Shown here: positions 39,254-53,030 of the stretch, piece by piece
How positions within the stretch are numbered: position 1 is the stretch's first letter
Layout: every line of letters starts with the position of its first letter
Source of the DNA: Raillietiella orientalis
Taxonomy: Eukaryota
Reading direction: 5' to 3'
NCBI GenBank assembly: GCA_036172245.1
Contig: JAYWIR010000032.1
Span: 1,240,001 to 1,304,000 of the forward strand
Length of the DNA: 64,000 bases
Position numbers and translations under genes: made by a program
The notes under the pieces: model-generated
The model's input: only the letters and a program-made list of their open reading frames with translations
What the model was told of the DNA's origin: nothing
Databases searched by the model: none

Positions 39254-42200
39254 TTGAAAACCAAATGAACAAATTTCTTCCACATTGCAATTATTGGGAA
39301 GCTAATAACCTTACCATATGTGTGTTATATGTTTTGGCTGTTACTGAGAACAAAGAACTACTGACTACTCCTAAAATTCAGAAATTTACAATACAAAATG
39401 AAAACCAAAGTAAGAATTACATGAAGACCCCAGCTTTATTGTTACGCATCAGAACCCATTAAATTCAAATCATAATTCCTTCGAGTCATTTGACCATATT
39501 TGTTTTTCTCAGTACATTACGGACTTATGCCATTGCAAATAAGGAACAAAATCTATTTCAAATTTACTAGAACACAGGGAACGCTTAACCGGGAGCCGTA
39601 TTAACGTTGTTTATCTGGGATTAACAAAACAAGGATACCAATTTTGCCAAATAGATTTCGTAAATATGTAAAGTTGTGATCTAAATTTCCTTTGAACGAT
39701 GCTGCACCTGTAAGCAAAAGAATGACACTCCAGCTTTTAGAATAAAGATTCAAGTACCCGATATAACGGCAATTTTTGACGTTGGTATCTTAGAGAATAT
39801 TCAACAAATTACCTATTGGATTTAAGTTAGTTGTTGTAATCGACATTTCAATTACGTATCGAATCTCGAATGGATACATGAACTTATTTTTTTAATTCAA
39901 TCTTTCCGAAATGATCTTGATAATGTGATTTTTCCTTCAACGCATATTCAATTCATTCACTATGTTAAGACTGTCGTAGTTTATTCTCAAAGCAGATCAC
40001 TAAGAAATTAGATAATATTTTTTAGCAAGAACTGATCAAAATCAGTAAATTCATTTAGGAACATTTATATTTTTTTTAATTCAAAATTTCAATTCTGGAA
40101 TCGATCACTGCATTCACGTTGCAGCTCAGTATAGTACAAAGATACATGCATGGATTATCACATGCAGCTAGATGAGGTACTTTAAGGATATTCATCTACA
40201 GTTCGATAGTTCCTTAGGCAATCACTCGAGCTTCAAAATAAAGAACTTTTGGAATTACTTAAAATTGTGAGGTATACCTTCACTGATGTACAACAAAAAC
40301 ACTAAACTGCTCGGTTAATTTTTTTGAATTACCTTTAGAAATTCAGTCATTTTTACACAAAGAAATAAATCTGTATAAGTTATTAGGAACTTTTTAAAAG
40401 ATAAAACCATAATGTTTTTCACAGTACAATTCCTAGTGACTCAGAATGTTTGATTACTATCCGATTCAGAGACATTATACTTTAATCATTACTCCCGCAA
40501 ACAGAAAGAGTGAGAGGAACCGACAAAAACGATTCCATTACTTACATTTAAATAGTGCAATTGTCGAAATAAATCGATTTTTATGTGTTGAAATTGATTT
40601 GAAAACTGAATTTGTAATCTATCAAAAGAAGAAAGTATAATGTGAAAATGGATATCTGCATATTTTAAAATTCTTCAAATTCATGGAACTTTTAGTTGCA
40701 TCGAAAACTCCGCTTTACATTCTATAGTGGATGGAATCCAAATCACCATGACAAACTCTATACATAGTGAATTCTGGTTTACTTTCCAGTTTTTACGATT
40801 TTTGTGGAAAACTTCATTGGAAAATAAGGCTTTCTTTTTACAGTTAAAATCTTTTCTTTACATTTAGTGATACAAAAAGACCGAAGATTTTCCCATGCTT
40901 CTGAGATATTAAGTACAGCCTGCATTGTTTTTTATAATTTCACTCGTTACTTCATTTAGGAAAAAAACACTGCTTTCTTTAGCTTCTCAATTTTCTTTTC
41001 GGAATTTATCTCACACGGCCGCTGCACTTGATACAGCAATTTTTTATTAGTTAGAAAGTACCTTAAAGTTCCAGGTAGAGAACACATTTCAAACAATTTT
41101 TAGTATTTCTTTATATTTCCCATGAAAGAGCTTGGAAAGGTAATCAACAATATATACTTTGGAGGAGAAAAAACACAATCCTTACTGGGGGAAAAGTTCA
41201 TCTCATAAGCCTTCATTGATATGAATCTGTTCATACTTGATAAATTCTTGCTTTTGAATTACAATGAAGGCTCAGATTCATTACATAAGCGATGGATCTC
41301 TAATGGAGGATCCTTACTCCCAATCCTTCGCTTCCTTCCACTTGCCAATGCCTTATTTTGTTTTGAAAGCACTGACTCTCCTTTTTCGCAACAGTCCCAA
41401 TCCATATCTTCCTCATGCAACCAACGCCAGTCCATAGGCTCACCATGAGCTTGCCAGTCCATGGACTCTTCATTTGGCCCCGAGTCCATGGATCCCTCTT
41501 TGATCGTAACCAACAGCAAATCTAAACACAGACATTTCAATGATAAGAGCATTGCATTTGCAGATAATGAAATAAGGGCATAAAAATGGTATCCATAGTT
41601 TTCTTCAAATATCACTTTCTTCGAATGGATTATCTGAAACATTGGCGCATTCCCCTTTGATGAAGAATCACCATTCTTATTTATCCCAATACATTTTTTT
41701 TTTTACTCTTCTTCTTCCACACTGTGCATGAAAGATCTGTATACAATTCCATTAATAGTATAACGAAGCAAAAACTCGTTTTCGTTATTGTCTTCACCAT
41801 GGAAATCTTTGTCCACAGTAAACAGGATGTGCGCCTGCGGCACAGTCCTAATCAAGTTCAAATTACAATACAAGACGAAATTTAGTGAAAGTTCCATCGA
41901 ATATTTCAGTCGGAAAATTAGTGCAAAACTTTAAAAAAAGCATGCAAAATACACGAGTCCCAAGCAATTGGTGTTCCCTTGAGCTCGATAGAAACTTTTT
42001 GCATCATTGTTTTCTCATTTGGTGCTTCTTCACTAAGAAACATGAAAATGAAACTGCAGCAGAGCATCTAAATCTACTCTCTTAGTTTCCACCTACAAGA
42101 AAACTAGAGTACCCATTCATTGACATGACTGAGAGACAAGTCTCACCGATTCAAGCCCAATGCCCTATTACAATGTCGCACTGGGTTAGGGGTGTGGTAG

Positions 42201-44113
42201 TTCTCATGTTAAACAAAGTCAGTCCCAAAGAACGAATTCAGTTCCGGATAACCTCCGATTTCCAAGGAAATGCATTCGATCATTTGAACTTTCTAGGAAT
42301 CTTAATGAAATCTGGTAAGCCCAGACTGAATCATGTCTTTGCAGTTTATCTGGTTTTTGTGGCTTAGTTCAGCACTTTTCCTAGGGAAACGTTCCATTAT
42401 GAATCTCTTCAATGGAAAGTTCCAGTACGATTCCATTTTGGTTACAACTAATGGCCGAAATTTCTAGAATATGATGGTTGTTGGGATGTTGGTGATGATA
42501 GCTTTCGGAAAATGCTAGATGTTTTGCCTTACGGACGTTAGCTGCATGAGACCTTTATGCACCGTTGTCCACTGTTTGACTTTGGAAATCATGTTCTCTC
42601 GTTTTCTACAAAAAGCGATGCATAGATCACCGTACTTTTATTGGAAGGAAGACGAAGGATGGTGGATGATCGTTTCAAGCAATCTTTTCTATTCCCACAA
42701 TTTCGTTTCATGCCAATTGGAGACTTTCTTTGAACATGCACTGCTGCTTTAAGAATCGTAATCAAACATAACTTGGCCACTCTTCTCTCTGGAAGATTGG
42801 GAAGAATGTGTTGATGAATGCTTGCTAAATCAAGGTTTAGGAGGAAGTTTTAGAAGGAAAGCTTGGCTTGTTCTTTACAGTTTCACCAAGTGACCGTAGC
42901 TATTGTGACGATAGAGATGGAGCTGAAGAAGCCTTCCTCCTTCAAATCGATAAGGCCGATGGACTGTGTTCCTGAAGTACCTGGGTACGAGAAAATGTAG
43001 CATTCTGAGCAAGAAAGAATGACAGGCTGATAAAGAACGAGGGACTGTTAAAAACACACTAAAATGTTGACTACGTGTTCCTAAAATTATGACCACTTTT
43101 CGAAGAGATGAACTGCAGAAACGTTACGACGGAATAACTTTGATTGCTGCCGATAATCAGATGGCTGTTTTGATGCTAAGGAGGCAACATTCGGAAAGAA
43201 TTGCAGGGAACGGTGGCCGAAGCTGATAATATCGTAGGCAACTTCTCAATAAATAGTTCTACATTGCAGAGCAATTTGTAAGCTAAACTCATTTAAGGGC
43301 TCCGTTCTTTTCCCTAACTTGCGTACTTGAAGTACTGTATAATACCTTTTCTCTCTGGCATACTAAAACTAGTTTCAAACAAACAAACCTCAGAATAAAC
43401 CTTAGAATGTATGTGTATGGTACAATATTTTGTACCAACTCAAAAGATCACGCGAAGCAATGCTGATGTATGTACAGAAATGTGAGGGAAACCAAGCACA
43501 AGATCGATTCCCAGGATGTGGGACTGATTCCCAGAGACAACGACACTTTTTCGGAAAAAGCAAAACCACCACTTCTGCTTCTTTTCTAATACATGAGCTC
43601 AAGGTTATGGTCTTGAGGGATAATGCACCGTTTTATGTTTTTTTTTTGTTCGCAGATTCAGTTTTTCAAATTGCCAAATAAAACGAAGATACAGTGCCAT
43701 TTTTTTTTCGTTTTCTTTCCATTGTTTTATCATAATCGAAATCCGCAAAACCGAAAACTGTTATTACTCCATTACTTTACTTAGAAAAATCCGTTTCCTT
43801 CTGGAAGTGCTACCCTGAAATCGATATGAATTTTTCAGAGTGCATCATACCATCCTAGTCTGCTCCTGTTCTGCATGTGGCGTATTTTGAAGAGCCACAG
43901 TCTCGTTCCCCCCATTTTTGCATTGACACAGGAAATATGGTACGCAGCATATCGAGACCACTTTAAAGAAGCTGCTCTAAAAGGGGTACGCTTTTGCTTT
44001 GGTTAATTGGGATAATAAAGCGCGTGGTAATGCTGTTTGAAAGCTCGTTTCGTGAAACTGCCAGAAATTCGCCGGAAATGCATGGAACGACTCATTGAGA
44101 CCTGGCAACTGTA

Positions 44114-45830
44114 GTTTGTTACCCGGATTTGCCAGGGCATTTATTATTAAAATTTGGTAAAAAATTTCATAATAAAGTCGGAAATTTTACACGTCGAGGT
44201 AGAACTCTCTGTTCCGCCCCGCGCAAAAAATTGACATAACCGGTGCGCAGATCGGCGAAGTCCTCTCCATTGGCGAAAGGGGAGAGAAAACCGCAAAAAA
44301 AAAAAAAACATAACGAAAATAAGAAAAAAGGAGGGAGGTTTTTTTCGGGGAGGGGAGGGCAGGGAAGGGATCACTGAACGCCTGGAGCCGTCCTCTGCAT
44401 CCTGTTACGGATGCAGGCAAGTTCTGTTTTCGTATTTCCTGGAAGGGGCCATGGGCAAGCGGTCTGCAAGAAGATTTCCGTCCAGTGGATGGCATCCTGC
44501 TGTTTCGCCCTCTTCTCTTCGCGTTCCACCTTGGCACGATTCCACGTACACAGCAGATAACTGCTAAGGATGCGGCTGGCGGCGGACCGGTGCGCCGGAG
44601 GAGGCTTCGGAAAATGTTCCTTGGTTCTCCCTCCAGTTTTCCCAGGATCGTGATTCCAAAGGGATCGAAGGGGCAGAACACTCTACCAATAAGTATGGGA
44701 AAGTCTCCTTTTCCTCGCTGCACTTTGTACAATGGGCATCGACGCTCCCCCGTGTCCAGTGAGAGAGGCGTGCCCTGCATGGGATCCCCCAATGCAACAA
44801 CGGCAACGCCACCTCTTCTCGCCACTTCAGGGCGAGGGTGCCACTGTGTGAACACGCTTCACCTCCTCCTGGCAACTGCAGTACTGAGCTCACAATGACG
44901 AAATATTGCCTCCATGTTTCCACTATCCAGTTCTAGTAGTGCAGGATTCCACTGCTCCTCGGAGGGAATTGCGGTGAAAACTGCTATGACGAAGCTGAGG
45001 AAGGAACAGACGACTCCTTGAACGGGTCATGCGAGGGACCCCAGCATAAAGTCAGGAATGCGTTTTTTGAAAGGGGAGCGCGCAGTTTTAGGCAGGATAC
45101 TTGTGAAAAAGTCTCGCAGCAGAAACGACAAGTAAGTAGAGCTTGTGAATAGAGCTCAGGAGTCGAAATGGATGGTTTTCATGTATAGAAAGCCATGCTA
45201 CATTCTTCAGTATGAATGAAAGAGTTCAATTCATAGGAAATGCATTCCACAGAAATTAGAGATGAATTGAAAATGGGCTAGCAACCTATATATATATATT
45301 CTTTATTCGTAGATGAAAGTCTACAGAGCATAAATAATGGGCAGGTTGTTTGATCACAATGGGCCTTCACTGACGATTTAACGTTCCTATGCATTGTCAA
45401 CTTACTCCTCAGTAAAATCTACTCAAGTAAAACGTATCACATCCTGGAACACCTTATCAATAATGTCGGTGCAACACCTTTGTGCCTAGCAGCACACATG
45501 TCCACACTGGGATCCCCGTGGGTGAAAAATGGCCGCAAGATCACGGAAAAGCAATAGGAAACACAGCTTGGAGCATGCCTCATTCCCTGGGCATTCGCTT
45601 TTGGGGAAAACCCACTTTTAACCAACATGCTGACAGTGAAGATTCCTTTTCATCCACTTTGCGCCATCACTCTTGGATCAGATTTAGGGAAAAGGTTCCT
45701 CCCCCACGACTGGCCTCGGCTGCATACTTCCGGACATTATTCCGACAGGACCACCAACATTCCCGTCACACACACACACACACTGTCTGATGATCCCCCT
45801 AAACCAAGAGCACATGGATAGGGGAAATTT
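44114..45830 (-). mobile_element. L1/Tx1-type 3' fragment(s), same subfamily as the 30490 copy
   Basis: 44776-44848 closely matches 31112-31181 and 44239-44270 matches 30594-30625; AHCTKC..FPYLLVEC; terminal hairpin 44114-44145. The portion beyond about 44900 is less certain. Confidence 0.75.
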
Positions 45831-47979
45831 TCGTCCATTGGGCACTACGCGAATCGGAACTTCTGTCCATACTGTACTTTTTGTACGCAAATACATAATC
45901 CCTGCTGCCGAAATGGTCTTAAGAATCGTTTCTTAGGATGCTTTCGGCATTCCTGCTCGCTCGCGCCCCCAGACTTTTGCTGAGGGTTGTGTGGATCTCT
46001 CATACCGCAAACGGATAAAAAAAGGGGGTCGTTATCACATGAAACATTTGTTGTGAAATGTTTTGAAGGGAGTTCCGGCTTTGACCCGTATGAGCAAAAT
46101 CTGAATCAGGTTTCTTATTCAGCATCCGAATCATCACCCTATTTAGTGAATAACAACAACTGGGAATTTGGAAAACAAGTAGCTTGAATAAATCAGGATT
46201 CTCTTGTCGTGTGAACAGCAACTATTTAACAAAATATGGCAAGGATGAGCTTATTTTCTCGAAAAATTAGAGGTAGGCAAGTCAAGGCAAACTATACGTT
46301 GAAAGTCGCAAATGGTTTGGAATGCGATTCCGCTGGCATACGTTTTTGCATATGTATGCAGGAATGCTAATACAAAGAATTAGTGACTGTTTTTTTGCAG
46401 GTTCCAGGATGTAAATCATTTATGACCTTGCATTTTAACTCCTACGTACCTTCATATTTTGTAACTACACAAAGATACACCTTGTATAGGAATTGCATAC
46501 ACTACAAGAACGAACAAAACAACAATAAGAATTGCCGATGTTTTGCACCTTATGTTCAAGAAAATTGGGACACTGTGAATGTTTATGTGACTTGGTGTTC
46601 ACTCATCGAGATGCAGGCAGATATTTCATGTGCTTAAAAACCGTAACAGTCGGTGGGTACACACTAAGAACAACATGTATCAAAATTTGTGTACTCTTTG
46701 CTTGGTACACACTTTGCTTGACTCTACCTTTATATTTGTTCACGAGTATGCAACTTCACTTGCCAACACATGCCACAGAAATGTATCTCCGGTGTTACTT
46801 ATGCAGAAATTATTTATTGGAAGAGAAAAAGCAAGCAAGTTAATCATATTGAAAAAAAAAAAAAACCTCTGAAAATGTCAAAATATGACTTCTCTGGATA
46901 CTACAGCATACAAAAATGAGAAAAGAACTTTATGTATCCCGTAGATGCAGTATCTGTGATAGGAACTATTCATAAGAATGTCATTCAAGTTTGTCACCTC
47001 TATAAGCATTATGACTGCCCAAATTTGCATACTATCAATCAATCACAGTATTTGATATCTCACTGAAGAGTGCTCCCATACGCGATGAACTGCTGAGCTA
47101 CACAGCTTTACACATACCCAAATAGGTTTGCTAACCTTACAAAACAAAAAACAAAACACATGCATAAAATTTTCAGGTTTCGTTCTTTCATTCTAGATAA
47201 TCACAAAATGACACTATTCTTACATGGTACTCACTCAAGGTACTTCTTATTATTATAAGGTACTCAAAGATGCTGTAAAAAATTCAACCATCTTGCAATT
47301 TGCACGAGACTGCAAATGTAATTTCTATCATTCAGATTGGGTGTCATCCTCCACTTTTAAAGTTCTGTCCTTAAAAGTTTGCAACGAACTTTTTGCAGTT
47401 TTAAAGAAACAACTGTCCTCATGTATTTTCCTGGACCCATCATTCAGTTAATACAATAAAGGCTTCACTGTATGAGGAAGATCATTATGCTTTGAACTAA
47501 TGGCACAACTCTGTGGAAAACTGACATCAATTCAAAAGTTAAATAAGGGATTGAAGTGAGTCCCCTAAAAAACATATCAGTCCTTCTAAAAGACTTGACC
47601 ATTTTAAAAGTGATACATGTCTACATAATTGTTATTTAATCGTAATCATATTAAAGTTCTATTTATGGGACCCAGAAATTTGCAAATTTTTCATGCTGGT
47701 TCAATATTTAACGTTGAATTTCCAAAAATAAAAAACATTCTTAAGAGGTTCCAGAATTCATTAAATTAAAAACATGCACATGGAAAATGCAAAACATCCA
47801 AAGGATGTTCAGCGGAAAAAATTCTCTTTGGAAACTGATACAGAAACATGTATGCGCAAACAAGTTCTGTTTGGGATTTCAGTCATCATGAGTGATGTGC
47901 ACCCTTTAAAATTAATATTGACACAATATAAGGAAATAATCAACATTAATTTACCATTACGGAATATTTAACTTTTCTC

Positions 47980-48996
47980 TCATTGTTTAAATATCAGAAT
48001 TTTAGACTGATCACTTGTGTCACAAAGGCTTTTATTATTGAAATTTGAAACAATATAAACACTCAATAGCAAAAGTAACTTTTCACATACGTGACTGAAC
48101 CTTTCTTTGGGCACTTGAGAGCATATATTCTGCCATCGACTAGGAGGCCAAACAATCTTTGTTGCTTTGGCTTTGATTAAGCCAACTGGCATTGGTCCTA
48201 GGGCATTGCTGTCATCTGAGAACATGTGATTATCACCTTCCACCCAGCAATGGCCTCTTGGTATGGAAATAAGTCTGGGTGGTTGCTGCAAAGTTGAAAT
48301 GGTGTCTCCTTCTAGCGCTATCACACGCTTGAGTAAGGTAATGTGAGGATCTTTAGGACTCCTACAACAAACATATTTCAAAACTCAAATTACCAATGTT
48401 CGTATTGGGTGTGTATACAAATGTATTCTGACACTGATCATATTTTAATGTGGAGCGACACGAAACGTATCGTCCCCGTCTCTCATTTATGTAAGACGCT
48501 TAAATGCAACATGTGAATTCCAAATACATATTAGACATCAATTACTGCTTTAAAAACTCCCAACACAGAGAACTCACACATTCATCAGATGGGCAGGCAT
48601 CACAATTATCTACGTCCGTGACATTAGAAAATAATCAGATCAAAATAATGAAAATCGTAAATACGGCTCTCGACTGCAGAGATTCCAAAGCCGTAATTTT
48701 GAATGGGGGAGGAGAGGGAGCCCGAAACGTATACATACATACCCCATGCACATCATTTATAACGTTGAAAGAGGCTGCCATCATGCTACTTACTTTATTG
48801 CTACAATATCACCTCTAGTCAAATCGAAATTCCTGACGACCCATCGATTGAGGTACACATAGTCCTTTTTTGGAGCATTCGGATTTAAAACTGGTTGCAT
48901 GGAAATCCCATCCACTCTAACAACATAACCAAATACGTCCACAATTGTGAAACCAATGGGAACACTAGCTAAAACAACTTTCAACACCTTATACAT
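47980..48996 (-). CDS. IMMP2L: Mitochondrial inner membrane protease subunit 2 (peptidase S26)
   Basis: Exons 48996-48794 and 48361-47980 (phase 2). VDGISMQPVLNP (catalytic Ser), RGDIV..SPKDP..LLKRVIALEGD (catalytic Lys), GHCWVEGDN..S.DSN..GP, IVWPPSRW. The C-terminus may include a further intron (GTATGT near 48090). Confidence 0.93.
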
Positions 48997-51086
48997 TAAG
49001 ATAAGCAACTGGCTCCACGTCCCTATCCTTTACAGGACACCAGGTACCAGACGTAAGCGGAACGCCACAAAGCGCATCTCTCCAGGGTTGCCAAGTGTCA
49101 AAGACAGTAAACCTTACAAAACTCCACTCCATGAACAGTTTCAGCATTCACAAAAGTTGAAAACAAAATACCATCCAATGAAAAAGCAAAATTCTTAGCT
49201 GCATGTTCGTTTGTGCCAAAGATTATCTCTGATACCAATCAAAGGCAGCTCTCAGCGTTTCAAGAGGGAACGGATGGAATTTTGCGAAACTGAACATGCA
49301 AACAGTTGCACATCATACGATAAAAGTAGCTGGAAATTTGGTTTTACAGATGTGGAAAGGCATAGTGAGCGAATCAACTACTTTCTTGCAATCAGTTTCG
49401 TCATAAAAGTGTGCACCGTGTAGCCCGAGAAAACAAGTTGCAAATGTTTTACATTCACGGAACACCCAAACGTACAACTGTTACGTGAATCGCATGGAGC
49501 ATAAGTTTCAACACAACTGAAATGCCTCACTTTTTACGCGCAACCACACCATCTCCAACTGATAGGAATAAATTTTGAACTCGTTACGAAAACCAAGTTA
49601 CCGTGCTTCACATAAAAACTTTCATCCTGTAAACCTTTCAATGTGCGTTGGATGTTTGTTATGAATCGAATCCATGAAACGTGGAAATGAATTCAACAAG
49701 TCTCGACCTTGTCATTTGCGTGCATGACGGTCCATAAATAGTAAAGCATTTTCGTGATCAAGTACACGAACCTGGAACGCAACCCCTCGCAGCGGCACAC
49801 TGAAACTGAAACATTCGGAGGAAGCGGCAACCCTGGTCGGCCACTCGTTAGCGGTGCACGCCGCTAAAAATGGCGCGCAAGCTCTCATAACGAGTTGAAG
49901 CCTCACTCCGGTGAAACTTCCCGGCATTCACACACATGCGTTCCACGCACTGGAGTGATCTGGGCTCGTGAAACAAGTTAAAATCTTTCCGAGCAGTGCA
50001 AGTTAAAACAAGCAAAACGAACAGCAGTGCCAGAATTTCCGACCGTAAAGCATGCTGCACCCAAAAATTTGCTTACACGGCCAACTCGCACTAGGTAACT
50101 CACGGGATTCCTTTTACATGGAAAAGATTTCGGTGGAAATAATGCTCGGAACAGATCTGAAAGCCTTATGGAAAACCAGCTTACAGGACTCGCTCTCAGT
50201 CTGTACTCCTCACATAATACAGCTAACCACGTTATCTAGACAACCCACAAATTTCAATACTTATCATTCAGTATGCTCACAAACCATAATCACCACTGTT
50301 CCTACCAGAAATCAAACATGCTCCAGGTTTCCCTGGGGCATTTGGCATTCACGAATATCAAACAATATGAGGCACCTCAACAGTAGTCACAAATACTGCC
50401 CATCCACTGTTAATTCATGAAAACTTTTATTATCAATGACCATTTTCATTCAATAGCACATTGAGTGTACACTTGCTGATCTTTTTGCTTGTAAGAAAAT
50501 ATTTATTTTTTCAATACATATATAATTATGCTGTTCCACAAACAAACTTTTTTTTGATACACGTTTTATGTAACAGTATTTAATGTGTTGTGAGAAACTC
50601 ATGCATTGCACGAATTCAAACACAAGAAAGTAAGAACTTCACAGAATGGTTCAAAATCTTGAAGTACTTCTTGATTATGGGCAATCTGATGAGCAACTCC
50701 AAATTGTACTAAAGTGTTCAATGACTAAAATTGTAACCTCAGGTACTTTAAATGAATTTATTTGCAATGCACAATTGACATTACCAAAACAAAGATGGCA
50801 AAAACATCTCTGAAATTCTCAAGTAGCTGCAACTGAATTACCCTTCAAAGTTGCAATCAGCAAACATTTAAGACCTTCTTAGTTGCAAACTGCATCATAA
50901 CGTGCAACAATACCAAGAAGTAAACTTTATTTCCTCGATCTAGCTTTCAAAATGTTGCTCATGATTGATAGAAAATGAGGTCACATTCTGCCAGCACAAG
51001 GGAGGATGGTGTGTGCAAGGCACAGCAGAACAAACAAAAAAAATAGTAGCAGAGTTTATATAACTACAAGAATAACTGCAACATGT

Positions 51087-52866
51087 CTACCATGAGTCTT
51101 CTGGAACAGCCTGAGCATCCTAAAACACAATAAATAAAGCAACTATCCAATGCAAGGATTCAACAGAAAGATGAATGGTACTGGTGCATTCAACAGAAGA
51201 CTCAACTCATGTTATTACAACTTCCAAAGGTTCACATGCATTGCTAGAAGGAATATCAGCTATAGGGAGCTACATGCAAAAGAAAGTTACCATAAAGGAA
51301 TAAAATTTGAGCAAGTTTATTATTAAAATATACTCACATTCTCCTCAACAGCTCCTTCTCCACCACTTTCCGCCTACCACAAAAAAAAAAAAAAAAAAGT
51401 TTTCAGCTCGATTTCGATTTTTTTTCCCCCACCCATCCCCTCCTTACAGTGTTTTTATCTCCATCTCCTCCTTGTTCACCTTCACTGCTACTACGCCCAG
51501 TTCGACGCACTCGTCTCCGGTAACGACGTGCACGTGGATCTCCCATACCTCGTTGAGATCCCTCCTCAAGTACCTCCTCCTTGATCAATAATAAGCAACC
51601 AAACCCAACGATGCTGGACCTACCCCTGCACCTTCATCTCTTGGACCTCCACCTCTTCTCCCCATTCCACGATATCCTCCTCCACGGAAGAATCTTCTCC
51701 AACGACGGCGACGTAGACCTCCTCTCATGCGGTCTATGTCACGATCATTTCTCAAACGATCCATGTCACGATAGTCATCTTGTTCAACATCGTTTTCATA
51801 TTCTACAGGAGGCCCCCGATGGGCATTGCGAGGGTAATAACTTTGCAAAAAATATCGCCCAGCATATCCTCCTCGTCCAAAGCCTCTCCCACGCCCTCGG
51901 CCTCTTCCTCGCCCACGTCCTCGCCAGCCACCTTCCCTAATAGGTATATCCTGCTGCAAATCAGGATCCATATCAACACCACGTTCTACAATAAACATAT
52001 CTCAGCATAAACACGGATAACAACCACCCATAATACCATCTCTAGAACGGGGAATACGGCGTTGAAAAAAACGGCGGCGGCGGTAATAGAGACGGCGATC
52101 AGCAGCATATTGGGATCCTTGTACAGTAGTACCATTAGGGCCAGTTACGTTTGCAGCTTCATTGCCCTTCTCTCCCAATACAACATCAAATTCTACTTGT
52201 TCGCCATCTCCTACACTTCTAACTAACTTTCTTGGATTATTCTTAACAACAGCAGACTACACAGAATAATGATATTGAGTCGAAAAGTTAACAACGTATC
52301 TTTACCTGATGTACAAACACATCTTCTTTTGTGTCATTTCTAGAAAGTAAAAAAAATGAAAACTGCCACAGAAAACTCAATTTCTGACTTTACCTGTTGA
52401 TGAATCCATATCCGCTCTTAACATTGAACCATTTTACCACCCCGGTCACTCTGGTTGCTACGTTTAAATACACACAAGATTTAATACTTTACATTTCTTT
52501 GAAAATATGTTACATTTTTTTTTATAAAAAATTAATACAACACTTCAACATTCATTTGATTAATATGGAATGCATTAAAGAATACCTTACAAAATAGAAA
52601 ACAAAATTATAGGTATGACTGTTACGTTAAAAGCTCTTGGTTTAGTTGACAAAAGTCATTAAGCTTTGACGTTTGCACACTGAATTCGAAGACTTTTGAA
52701 AAGTCGATAAGCAGTATTACCTATAATTGTACTTGTATCGTGTGTTACAAAAACATTATTAATTCATGAAATCGCTGTATCTTGCATAAACATCTACATT
52801 ACCGATGATCTGCTTTTCTTTACGAGCAGCCTTTAGTTGGTCAGGCTGTACCTCCGGGTCACCCAT
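51087..52866 (-). CDS. YBX1: Y-box binding cold-shock-domain protein (YBX1/ypsilon schachtel family)
   Basis: Exons 52866-52803, 52457-52394, 52339-52306, 52256-52037, 51985-51624, 51579-51448, 51373-51338, 51119-51087. [62 protein letters not shown], then alternating basic/RGG and acidic blocks. The last exon is inferred from splice signals only. Confidence 0.93.
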
Positions 52867-52904
52867 GATGTTAATGGGGGGTGGTTGCTGCTAACTCCCA
52901 CACT

Positions 52905-53030
52905 ATCGCACTTCCTGCTTTTTCTGAGGATCGTAACCGACTCAAAATGGCGTCGAGCATGATGCTTAACGAAAATAGACTCTTCAATTCGATTGGCTGC
53001 ATCCCGAAAACGAAATACTTTGATTGGTCA
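52905..53030 (-). promoter_or_regulatory. Putative Y-box gene promoter: ETS-like GGAAG, YY1-like AAAATGGCG, two CCAAT boxes
   Basis: cacttcc about 52909; aaaatggcg about 52944; ATTGG at 52992-52996 and 53023-53027 (31 bp apart); locally CpG-richer. Confidence 0.5.
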
